Source: an uncultured Verrucomicrobiota bacterium
Lineage (GTDB): Bacteria; Verrucomicrobiota; Kiritimatiellia; RFP12; UBA1067
NCBI GenBank assembly: GCA_945834475.1
Contig: CAMAHK010000004.1
Span: 1 to 60,763, forward strand
Length of the DNA stretch: 60,763 nt
Direction: 5' to 3'
Shown here one piece after another: positions 27,187 through 35,579 of the stretch. Position numbers and translations under genes: made by a program. A model generated the notes under the pieces. The model was not told the DNA's origin, did not search any database, and saw nothing but the letters and a program-made list of their open reading frames with translations. The first letter of the stretch is position 1. Every line of letters begins with the position of its first letter.

Positions 27187-29103
27187 ATGAAACGAATTCT
27201 TTCTATTGTCGGGGCGATTCTTTCGACGGGGGTGTTGGCCGGAACGGTGACGGGACCGGACGGGCGGCTCGCGGTGTCGGTTGAGACGGATTCGGACGGC
27301 GTACCGCGCTGGCAGGTTTTGGCGAACGGACAGGCGGTGACCGAGAAAGCTGCGCTCGGCCTTTTGCTTGATTGCGGGGATTTCACGCAGAATCTCAAGA
27401 TCGTCGATGAGAAGCCTGGCGAATTCCGCGATCACTATTCGCTCAAGACCATCAAGACGTCGTCCGTCGAAGTCGAGATGAACACGCTGACAGTAGCGTT
27501 CGCCGCGCCTTCGGGTGAGAAGCTGGGCGTCGAGTTCCGCGTCGGCAACCGCGACGTCGCGTTCCGCTATGCCGTGCCGCGACAACGCAAGGGCGGGACG
27601 GGCTGCGTGCGCGTGATGGACGAGCGGACGACCTTTGCGTTCCCGGAGGGGACGACGCAGTTTACGTGTCCGCAGTCAAACGCGATGATCGGCTGGAAGC
27701 GCTCCAAGCCGAGCTACGAGGAGGAATACGTTGTCGATGCGCCGGTCGGCGTCAAAGGACGCTACGGGAAGGGGTGGACGTTTCCGTGTCTCTTCCGCAC
27801 GGGTGAGACGTGGCTTCTCGTGAGCGAGACGGGCACGGATTCCAACTACTGCGGCTGTCGCCTCGGGGAGTCGAAGGATCGCGCGTTCAAGGTCGAGTTC
27901 CCGATGCCGGAGGAAAACAACGGCAACGGCACGGTCGAGCCTGCGTTCGCGCTCCCGGGCGTGACGCCGTGGCGCACGCTCACCGTCGGGTCGCTCAAGG
28001 ACATCGTCGAGACGACCGTCGCCTGGGACGTTGTGAAGCCCAAGTACGAGACGACGCACGACTACGTCTACGGTCCCTCGAGCTGGAGCTGGATCGTCTG
28101 GGACGACGCCTCGATGAACTGGAACGACCAGGTTGCGTTCGTCGATCTCGCCGCGGCGATGGGGTGGAAGTACATCCTCGTCGATGCCGGTTGGGACAAG
28201 AACCTGGGGAAGAGAGAAAATGAAAAATGGAAAATGGAGAATGGAGAATGTAAGGGGGAGGACCATTCTGTCGAGGCCTTGATTGAGTATGCGCGGTCGA
28301 AGGGGATCGGGGTTTTCCTTTGGTACAGTTCGAGCGGCTGGTGGAATGACATCGTGCAGAGCCCGATTAACGTGATGAGCGATCCCATCGCCCGCAAGCG
28401 CGAGATGCGCTGGATGGAGAAGCTGGGCGTCAAGGGCATCAAGGTCGACTTCTGGGGTGGCGACAAGCAGGAGACGTTCCGCCTCTACGAGCAGGTTCTC
28501 TCGGATGCCGATGACCACGGGCTGATGACGATCTTCCACGGCTGCACGATTCCCCGCGGCTGGGAGCGGATGTATCCGAACTACGTTGGCAGCGAGGCTG
28601 TGCTCGCGAGCGAGAACCACCACTTCAGCCAGTATCACCGCGACCGGGCCGCGCTGAATGCGACGCTCCATCCGTTCATCCGCAACGCGCTCGGCTGCAT
28701 GGAGTTCGGTGGCACGTTCCTCAACAAGAGCCTGGAGAAGACGAACAAGGGTAACCGGAGGCGCCGCACGAGCGACTGGGCCGAATGCGCGACGGCGGTC
28801 CTCTTCCAGAATCCAATCCAGAACTTCGCGATCACGCCGAACAACCTGACGGATGCGCCGGCGGACTGCATCGCGTTCATGAAGACCGTCCCGACGACGT
28901 GGGACGAGACCCGCTTCCTGGCGGGCTATCCCGGCCGGTACGTCGTCCTCGCGCGCCGCCACGGCACGACGTGGTACGTCGCCGGCATTGCCAACGAGGA
29001 CGTCACCTGCGAGGTCGATCTCGCCTTCGCCGGCGGCGCGAAGGAGACGATCGCGATCCGCCGGAATGACGGCTTTGTGCGGGTGATGGGGAGGGGCGAA
29101 TGA
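27187..29103 (+). CDS. GH97 glycoside hydrolase (alpha-glucosidase/alpha-galactosidase family)
   Basis: KGIKVDFWGGDKQETFRLYEQVL..HGLMTIFHGCTIPRGWERMYPNYVGSEAV is the GH97 catalytic-domain signature, preceded by a GH97_N-like N-terminus. Confidence 0.85.
   Translation: MKRILSIVGAILSTGVLAGTVTGPDGRLAVSVETDSDGVPRWQVLANGQAVTEKAALGLLLDCGDFTQNLKIVDEKPGEFRDHYSLKTIKTSSVEVEMNTLTVAFAAPSGEKLGVEFRVGNRDVAFRYAVPRQRKGGTGCVRVMDERTTFAFPEGTTQFTCPQSNAMIGWKRSKPSYEEEYVVDAPVGVKGRYGKGWTFPCLFRTGETWLLVSETGTDSNYCGCRLGESKDRAFKVEFPMPEENNGNGTVEPAFALPGVTPWRTLTVGSLKDIVETTVAWDVVKPKYETTHDYVYGPSSWSWIVWDDASMNWNDQVAFVDLAAAMGWKYILVDAGWDKNLGKRENEKWKMENGECKGEDHSVEALIEYARSKGIGVFLWYSSSGWWNDIVQSPINVMSDPIARKREMRWMEKLGVKGIKVDFWGGDKQETFRLYEQVLSDADDHGLMTIFHGCTIPRGWERMYPNYVGSEAVLASENHHFSQYHRDRAALNATLHPFIRNALGCMEFGGTFLNKSLEKTNKGNRRRRTSDWAECATAVLFQNPIQNFAITPNNLTDAPADCIAFMKTVPTTWDETRFLAGYPGRYVVLARRHGTTWYVAGIANEDVTCEVDLAFAGGAKETIAIRRNDGFVRVMGRGE
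28216..28250 (+). repeat. 5 x 7-bp imperfect tandem repeat (GARAATG) inside the GH97 CDS
   Basis: GAAAATG AAAAATG GAAAATG GAGAATG GAGAATG, within a purine-rich low-GC stretch (28206-28262) that encodes ..KRENEKWKMENGECKGE.. Confidence 0.8.
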
Positions 29104-29132
29104 CGATGGGGTGGCTGCGCCGGGGGTGGCTG

Positions 29133-29202
29133 GGTCCTGCCTCGGCGTGAGGTCACGCCGGGTACTTTGTCAGCGCCACGGCGTGAGGTCACGCCGGGTA
29201 CT
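29133..29202. repeat. Two tandem REP copies
   Basis: GGTCCTGCCTCGGCGTGAGGTCACGCCGGGTACT followed by CAGCGCCACGGCGTGAGGTCACGCCGGGTACT. Confidence 0.85.
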
Positions 29203-29263
29203 TTTTATGGCGCTTGTTCCGCTTGCGGTTTACTCCGCGGAGGTTGATCCGCGGGCGCCGCGG

Positions 29264-29389
29264 ATTTCGTTTGCAGGAGAGAAGAGCAGGCGCGTTGTGC
29301 TGGTGCATGCCGGCGAAGTCGATGCGCAGGTCGCCGAGGACGGATACTTCGATGCCATCGTTTCGGCCCGTGAGCTACTGGGGCTTTGA
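29264..29389 (+). pseudogene. 3'-terminal fragment of an ATPase paralogue (duplicate of the end of 18062..19495)
   Basis: ISFAGEKSRRVVLVHAGEVDAQVAEDGYFDAIVSARELLGL* against ISFAGEKSKRVVLVHAGEIDAKIAEDGYFDAIVSDRELLGL*. The downstream promoter region is duplicated as well. Confidence 0.7.
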
Positions 29390-29396
29390 GATCCCT

Positions 29397-29441
29397 CCCC
29401 TTTTGGGGTGATAGCAAGAAAGGGGGGTGGGTTGGTAGAAT
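29397..29441 (+). promoter_or_regulatory. Promoter (box + N23 + TGgTAGAAT)
   Basis: CCCCTTTTGGGGTGAT ends at 29412 and TAGAAT is at 29436-29441. ATG 29449 follows after 7 nt. Confidence 0.5.
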
Positions 29442-29448
29442 TTTAATC

Positions 29449-30693
29449 ATGAAAAAGATTGAACTGTTTGTCTAGGGAATGATCTTCTGCTCGTTTGGCG
29501 CACAGGCGTCGGACGTCGAGTCGAATCTTCTCGCGAATGGCGGTTTCGAGTCCAAGAAGGTGCCTTCAGGGGTACAATTCGAGGGCGGCGTCGTGTATGT
29601 GGAGCCATGGGTGAAATCGTCGCTTGCGGCCGAAAATGGAGGTGTTGGAATCAGCCTGAGCAATTCCAGCCCTTGGCTGGGTGCTCCAAATGATGGCGTC
29701 TCGGCTGCTTCGGGGTGTCCCGAAGGAAGTCAGTTCGCCTATCTTCAGGTTTACAATGACGCACCGAAGTGCGGCATTTCACAAGATTTTGAGGCGACTG
29801 AGAGTGGTGTCTATCGCTTCTCGGCCCAGGGGCGTTGCCGATACCGCTACAATGATATTCGGAGTTCCGGTGTCGTCGTTTCTGTCTATGTCGATGATAC
29901 GCTCTTGATGCGTCGCCAGTTCGGGCCACGCGGCAAGCATGCGCCTAAATCGTCTTTTCCGAAGTGGAAGGATGCGCTCAACTTCCAGCCGTTTGCGGTC
30001 GAGTTTCCTGTGCAAAGGGGTAAGCATACGATCCATGTGTTGGCGGAACTGCCTCCGAATACTGCGTCAAACCAGCGTGACCGCGCGCTTTGTCTGGACG
30101 ATGTCAAGCTTGAGTTCGTCAAGAGTGGCCGTTTCATCCAGGTGGACAATCCTGGGTTCGATACCTATAATGCCGCGTCGATAGAGTATGTGGCTAATAC
30201 CGGTTACTTCGTCACGGGTGATGCGACAACGTAGGCGGCGGAGTCAACCTGGAGTTTTACTGGCTCCGCTGGCTTGACGCGCCGCGACAGCACATGGTTC
30301 TGGGCGAATGAGGAGGATGAAACCGGACGTACGGACGCACTTGCGTACATTCAGGGGGAGGGCACAATTTCCAGGACAATCGATTTTCCTTACGCGGGCA
30401 AGTATATGATGCTGCGTCTGCGTTATGCGAATCGCGCCAATTCGAATTGGGACGAGACGCCACGCGTGTCGGGACAGAAGCTTAAGGTAACTTTCGACAA
30501 TGCCGTTATCGCACAACCGACCATTGAGAACGCGGCAATGCGTGAACTTGAAGTGTCGGTCGAGGTCAAGGCTGGAGCGCATGTGCTCTCGCTGGCCAAC
30601 GAAGTGCCGGGAACGGGCGACTTCGCGACACTCATCGATGACCTGACGGTCGAGTTTGTTCGCCCGAATGGGCTCGTGATCTTTCTCTACTAG
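29449..30693 (+). pseudogene. Secreted two-domain CBM/DUF642-like protein interrupted by two in-frame TAG codons
   Basis: A single frame runs 29449-30693: MKKIELFV-TAG(29473-29475)-GMIFCSFGAQA..NLLANGGFE..GDATT-TAG(30232-30234)-AAESTWSF..PNGLVIFLY*. The promoter is positioned for ATG 29449. Confidence 0.6.
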
Positions 30694-30833
30694 CAGTTCT
30701 GTTTCGCCACAAGAAGGGCGCGTAACCTAATTCCCGTTCCCCTTTAGTGCGATTCCCCCGAATGGGCCGAGAGTGAAGATTCCCGCCGGCGGCTTCACGC
30801 CCATGGGGCTGAAGTTCGAATAGGCAGCATCCG

Positions 30834-31018
30834 AGTACCCGGCGTGACCTCACGCCGAGGCGCGGTAACAGGAAGCAGACGCGACGCTTCGCGTCCGCGA
30901 TGGTTTTGCGCGTTCCGCCTCGCTACGTGCAGGCGAAACACTTACGGCTTGGTCCTGCCACGGCGTGGGGTCACGCCGGGTACTTTGTCAGCGCCACGGC
31001 GTGGGGTCACGCCGGGTG
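30834..31018. mobile_element. MITE-like composite REP element (~185 bp, with an extra REP copy at the right end)
   Basis: Same ends and internal segment (GCGATGGTTTTGCGCGTTCCGCCTCGCTACG..GGCGAAAC.CTTACGGCTTGGTCCTGCCACGGCGTG) as 26978-27130. Confidence 0.7.
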
Positions 31019-31068
31019 ACCCTGCGTCTCAACGGCTACTCGTTCACGGTCGAATGAGCGGCTTGCTT

Positions 31069-31109
31069 CCAAATGGGTGATGCACGCGGAATGGGGTTTG
31101 TGCTAAAAT
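31069..31109 (+). promoter_or_regulatory. Promoter (box + N22 + TGcTAAAAT)
   Basis: CCAAATGGGTGAT (31069-31081) and TAAAAT (31104-31109). ATG 31119 follows after 9 nt. Confidence 0.5.
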
Positions 31110-31118
31110 GACGCCATC

Positions 31119-32567
31119 ATGAATACGATCCTCATTGCCGCACTTTCCGCCTACACGACCACCGCGAATTCCCTTTGGGGACCCGGCAAGGCCGAGCTTT
31201 CCGCCACACCCGCCGATCCCGGATCCGCTGTCGTCTGCGCGGCGTCGGGGCCGGTCTTCAAGGCGTGGGGCACGACCTTCAACGAGCGCGACCTCGATGC
31301 GCTCAGGATGGTCTCCGACACGGACCGCGAGGAGATTCTCGACCGCGCGTTTGCGCCGGACGGCGACCTGCGCTTCACCAAGGGGCGCCTGACGATGAAC
31401 GCGAACGACTATTCGCGCGCGTGGTATTCGTGCAGCGAGGTCGACGGCGATTTCGAGAACAGGTTCTTCAACATCGAGCACGACAAGACGAACGCGCTCG
31501 TCTACGTGAAGTGGGCCTTGCGGCGCAATCCGAAGATGACGTTCTTCGTGAGTCCCTGGTCGCCACCGGCGTGGCTGAAGATCAACAAGGAGTACTGTGT
31601 CGTCGCCTCCAGGTTCAACACTCAGGATCCGGCGAAGAACGCATTGCTCTACTCCGGCGAGTCGGACGCGGTCGATCCGAACGAGATGTGGCTGCAGGGG
31701 CAGCGCGGCAAGCCGTTTCCGCGGCGTCTGGCGACCCAGAGCTACGTCATTCAGGAGCCCGAATACCTGCAGTGCTATGCGGACCAGTTCGTGAAGTTCA
31801 TCGACCTCTACGCGAAGGAGGGCGTGACGATCGACCGCGTGATGTACCAGAACGAGGCCTACAGCTATACGCCGTATCCGGGCTGTCCGTGGACGGCCGA
31901 GGGAACGGTCCGTTTCAACGCCGAGTACCTGGCGCCCGCCCTGAAGGCGGCGCATCCCGAGGTCTCGCTCTGGCTCGGCACCATCAACTCGAACCGCCGC
32001 AGCTACATTGCGCAGATCATCGGGGCGAAGGGGATGGCGGACGTCATCGACGGCTTCGGCTTCCAGTGGGAGGGCCTCGACATCGCCGAGTCGCTTTGCG
32101 ACGAATTCAAGAAGCCGTTCATCTGCACCGAGGCGGAGTGCGGCAACGGACGCATGGACTGGGCCGCGGGCGAGCACACGTTCTGGCTCATCTGCAAGAA
32201 CCTGCGCTACGGGGCGGAAGAGTGGTACAACTGGAACTACGTCCTCGAGGACGACGGACGCTCCGCCTGGGGCTGGAGGCAGAATGCGCTCGTGCAGGTC
32301 GATTCCAAGACCGGCAAGGCGCGCTACACGCACGAGTATTACGCGGTCAAACACTATGCGTGTTACATCCAACCGGGAGCGGTGCGGCTGGCGAAGTTCC
32401 TCAACATCCGCGCGACGGACGGCGTCGTCTATCGGAATCCTGACGGCACGCACGTCATCGTCGCCGGCAACTTCGGCAAGGTCGAGCAGACGATCAGTGT
32501 CAAGGTCGGCGAGAAGTACGTCAATCTCACGATGCCCGGCAAGTCCTTCAACACGGTGGTGCTGTGA
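31119..32567 (+). CDS. GH30-family glycoside hydrolase (glucosylceramidase/xylanase-like)
   Basis: SPWSPPAWLKIN, MYQNEAY and ICTEAECG fit the GH30 pattern. Confidence 0.7.
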   Translation: MNTILIAALSAYTTTANSLWGPGKAELSATPADPGSAVVCAASGPVFKAWGTTFNERDLDALRMVSDTDREEILDRAFAPDGDLRFTKGRLTMNANDYSRAWYSCSEVDGDFENRFFNIEHDKTNALVYVKWALRRNPKMTFFVSPWSPPAWLKINKEYCVVASRFNTQDPAKNALLYSGESDAVDPNEMWLQGQRGKPFPRRLATQSYVIQEPEYLQCYADQFVKFIDLYAKEGVTIDRVMYQNEAYSYTPYPGCPWTAEGTVRFNAEYLAPALKAAHPEVSLWLGTINSNRRSYIAQIIGAKGMADVIDGFGFQWEGLDIAESLCDEFKKPFICTEAECGNGRMDWAAGEHTFWLICKNLRYGAEEWYNWNYVLEDDGRSAWGWRQNALVQVDSKTGKARYTHEYYAVKHYACYIQPGAVRLAKFLNIRATDGVVYRNPDGTHVIVAGNFGKVEQTISVKVGEKYVNLTMPGKSFNTVVL

Positions 32568-34318
32568 AGATGGGCGGGGTACTCTGGTGCTTGCTGTTCC
32601 TCCTGATGCCTGCCATCCTCGGCGCAGCTCCTGTTGATCCGCGCACGCCGCGGAACTCGGACGGCAAGGTCTTCGTGCACCCCGGCATCAGCTACACGCA
32701 GGGTGACCTCGACCGGATGAAGGCGATGGTCGAGGCTGGTCGAGAACCGTGGAAGCGTTGCTTTGATGGACTTCGATTCTCGCGTTGGGCGAGTCCCGGC
32801 GTCTTCGCACGCGGCCGCGGCGCTGGACTCGGAAGCTTCAACAACACGATCGGCTTCGACGGACGCCATGCGCACGACCAGGCGCTCATGTACAGGCTCA
32901 CGGGCGACGAGGGCTATGCCCGCCGGGCGCGCGACCTCGTCAACTCATCCGTCAACTACCGTGACGTCTGGGCGACGGGGACGCCGGCCCTCGACAACGG
33001 CAAGATCTTCCTGCTCGTGGAGGCCGCCGAGCTCATCCGCGATTTCCCCGAGTGGGCCGAGGCGGACAAGGAGAAGTTCCGCAAGGTCCTGCGTGACGTC
33101 TTCTATCCCGTCATCAAGAACGGCGACTCGAACCGCTGGGGCAATCAGGGCCTGAGCGCCTTCAAGGGGTGTCTCGCGATTGCGATCTTCCTTGACGACG
33201 CGAAGATGTACGACCGCGTGTGGAACTACCTGACGGGTCGGCGGCACCGGCCCGACGACGAGCCGTATCCGGGCGGCGGCGTCTGGGTGCCGGGCTGGCC
33301 GGCGCAGTTCTGCGATTGGCTGATCACGCGGACGGGACGCCGCGGCTTCGGCAACGAGGAGGACTGGATGTACGACGAGGTCCTGCCGTTCTACATCTAT
33401 AAGAACGGGCAATGTCAGGAATCCTGCCGCGACCAGGCGCATGCGACCTACGGACTCTTCAACTACGTGGCCATCGCGGACATCTTCTGGAGTCAGGGCG
33501 ACGACCTCTACGGGGCGCTCGACAACCGCATCCTGACGGGCATCGAGTGGACGCTCCGCTACAACAAAAGCGACTGGATGCCGAAGGGCTACACCAATGA
33601 CGAGTCGGTCGTCACATTCGACAACGAACTGTTCTATCAGGCGGAAACCCGTTCGAAGCGCTGGGTGGCGCTGAAGCCCTCGCCGCACGCGCGCGGGGCG
33701 GACGGCGGACCTGCCGCGCCGCGGACGGCCGCTCTGATGCATTATTCGATCGTGAAGGGGGTTCCTGACGAGCAGTGCCGCTGGCTTCGGCAGACGGTCG
33801 ATGCGGTCCTCGAGAACAACGGCTTCGAGACATGGGGCTTCGGTGCGAACTGGTACTACGAATTCTGCGGCTGGGGCACGCTCACGAAGACGCGCACGAA
33901 GTGGATGCGCGGCGATCCCGTCACGTGGAAGAACGGCAAGCGAATCTCGGGCGCACATGCGCTTCCGGGCGTCATTCGCTTCACCGACTGGGACTACTAT
34001 CCGATCGACGACCATCCGCGCACGCACCGCCAGAAGTACCGCGGGCGCTGGGTGAAGGGCGACTGGACGCTCTACACCGTGACGTCGAAGGAGACGAAGA
34101 AGATGAAGGTCTCGCTCGCCTACACGTCGGGCGGTTCGACGCAGGTGACGATCATTTCCGAAGGCGGAAAGCCTGTGACGCGCGATCTGCCACCCTCGAA
34201 AGAGAAGAAGCTTGCTTATCTGGCGACGCTCGAGATCCCAGCCGGTGCGAGCGTGATCCGCTTCGCGATCCGCAAGACCGCCCCCAATTTCAAGCCCGTC
34301 GGTCTCAAGTTCAACTAA
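32564..34318 (+). CDS. Secreted polysaccharide-lyase-like protein (alginate_lyase-type domain) with C-terminal CBM-like domain
   Basis: HPGISYTQGDLDRMKAMVEAGREPW is typical of the alginate-lyase-type (alpha/alpha)-toroid domain. The C-terminus is a beta-sandwich-like region. The GTG start overlaps the previous stop, and ATG 32570 is an alternative. Confidence 0.5.
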   Translation: MKMGGVLWCLLFLLMPAILGAAPVDPRTPRNSDGKVFVHPGISYTQGDLDRMKAMVEAGREPWKRCFDGLRFSRWASPGVFARGRGAGLGSFNNTIGFDGRHAHDQALMYRLTGDEGYARRARDLVNSSVNYRDVWATGTPALDNGKIFLLVEAAELIRDFPEWAEADKEKFRKVLRDVFYPVIKNGDSNRWGNQGLSAFKGCLAIAIFLDDAKMYDRVWNYLTGRRHRPDDEPYPGGGVWVPGWPAQFCDWLITRTGRRGFGNEEDWMYDEVLPFYIYKNGQCQESCRDQAHATYGLFNYVAIADIFWSQGDDLYGALDNRILTGIEWTLRYNKSDWMPKGYTNDESVVTFDNELFYQAETRSKRWVALKPSPHARGADGGPAAPRTAALMHYSIVKGVPDEQCRWLRQTVDAVLENNGFETWGFGANWYYEFCGWGTLTKTRTKWMRGDPVTWKNGKRISGAHALPGVIRFTDWDYYPIDDHPRTHRQKYRGRWVKGDWTLYTVTSKETKKMKVSLAYTSGGSTQVTIISEGGKPVTRDLPPSKEKKLAYLATLEIPAGASVIRFAIRKTAPNFKPVGLKFN

Positions 34319-34320
34319 TT

Positions 34321-34343
34321 CCCCGGCGTGACCTCACGCCGTG
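34321..34343. repeat. REP element
   Basis: CCCCGGCGTGACCTCACGCCGTG. Confidence 0.7.
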
Positions 34344-35413
34344 ACGTCGTCAAGCCAAGTTCGAAAAAGAAGTTCTATGTTACATCGCCTCAGCCGTACA
34401 CTTTCTCTTGTCTGCCTGTTCGCTTCCTTCGTCATGCGTGGCGAATCGGCCGTCTGGCTGACGCCGTCCCAGCCGGGCAACCGCCATTTCACGACCGCCG
34501 CCTTCCTGAAGAGCGAAGTCAATGACCGCGCCGTGCGACGGGCCGTCTGGCGGACGACGGCGGGCGGCGTTTACGAGGGATACGTGAACGGAAGTCCGGT
34601 CGGCGGCGGGGTGTTGAAGCCCGGTTTCACCAATTTGTGGAAGACGCGTCAGGAAACTTCTGTCGACGTGACGGATCTTCTCGACCGTTCGGCGGGCACT
34701 GGGCGAGTGCGAAGGCCTTTATGGCGCTCCTGCGCCGAACGCGCTATGCCACCCCCGAGAACGGCTGGCAGTATGCGGACTGGCTGAGCCTGGAGGAACT
34801 TGGCAGCTGGGAAACCGGTTGGTTTCGCGATTTTCATGGCCGTCGCGCCGACTATTGGACGTACTGGAATTATCTCGGGGGCGCGTATTGGCTCTGGGAT
34901 GCGCGGATGATGCGCGAAATGGCCGTGGCGTTGGGCGAGACTGCCGATGCCGCGCAGTTTGCCGCAGACGAGCGGACGGCGTTCGCCTATCTGCACGAAA
35001 ACTTCTTTGGGGATGATGGTACGCTTGAGGCACCTCTGGCAAACTTGCAGACGGCAATGCTCTTGGCGTTGAGACTCGGACTTGTCGAAGGCGAGGCCCA
35101 TGCCGCGACCAAGGCGGCGCTCCTCGCCAACTTCGCCGCCAACGGCAATCGCCTTAAAACTGGTTTTCTCGGCACTTCGATTCTAATGGATACGCTTACT
35201 CAGATTGGCGCTGGCGACCTGGCTTGGCAAATTGTGACGAGTCACGCTTATCCCGGCTGGCTCTATTCCGTCGACCAAGGCGCAACCACGGTCTGGGAGC
35301 GCTGGAACAGCTACACGAAGGACCGGGGTTTCGGCGACGTTTCGATGAACAGCTTCAATCACTACGCCTATGGCGCGGTGATGCACTGGCTCTGGGAACA
35401 TCACCCGCGCTAA
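34341..35413 (+). pseudogene. GH78 alpha-L-rhamnosidase remnant with a large internal deletion and a frame change
   Basis: The N-terminal domain piece (..VWRTTAGGVYEGYVNGSPVGGGVLKPGFTNLWKTRQETSVDVTDLL) is in frame 0. From about 34690 the C-terminal six-hairpin piece (..TGFLGTSILMDTL..GATTVWERWNSY..SFNHYAYGAV) is in another frame. Confidence 0.7.
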
Positions 35414-35438
35414 ACGCAGGAGAGAGGGACTCCTGCGT
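35414..35438 (+). terminator. 9-bp hairpin after the GH78 remnant
   Basis: ACGCAGGAG, loop AGAGGGA, then CTCCTGCGT. There is no U-tract. Confidence 0.35.
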
Positions 35439-35443
35439 TAAAG

Positions 35444-35474
35444 AGTACCCGTCGTGACCTCACGCCGTGGCGCT
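35444..35474. repeat. REP element
   Basis: AGTACCCGTCGTGACCTCACGCCGTGGCGCT. Confidence 0.75.
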
Positions 35475-35486
35475 GGCTGGCCGCAT

Positions 35487-35531
35487 CCCCAAATGGGTGA
35501 CTGTTCATATCCCCTGTTCGGGTGATATAAT
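35487..35531 (+). promoter_or_regulatory. Promoter (box + N24 + TGaTATAAT)
   Basis: CCCCAAATGGGTGAC (35487-35501) and TATAAT (35526-35531). A 48-nt leader with a purine-rich stretch precedes ATG 35580. Confidence 0.45.
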
Positions 35532-35579
35532 TCTGTACGAATTGTCATCAGTGGTTCCTAACGGGAAGGGGATGTTGTT

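Noticed and set aside
29473-30234. Genetic-code reassignment of TAG (e.g. pyrrolysine or a sense codon) as the explanation for the two in-frame TAGs
   Set aside because: Other well-supported genes in the window terminate with TAG (for example 18062..19495, 39962..40933, and this same gene's end at 30693). No pyl genes or tRNA(CUA) are visible. Pseudogenisation is the more economical reading. It is kept as a finding only because both hits are TAG.
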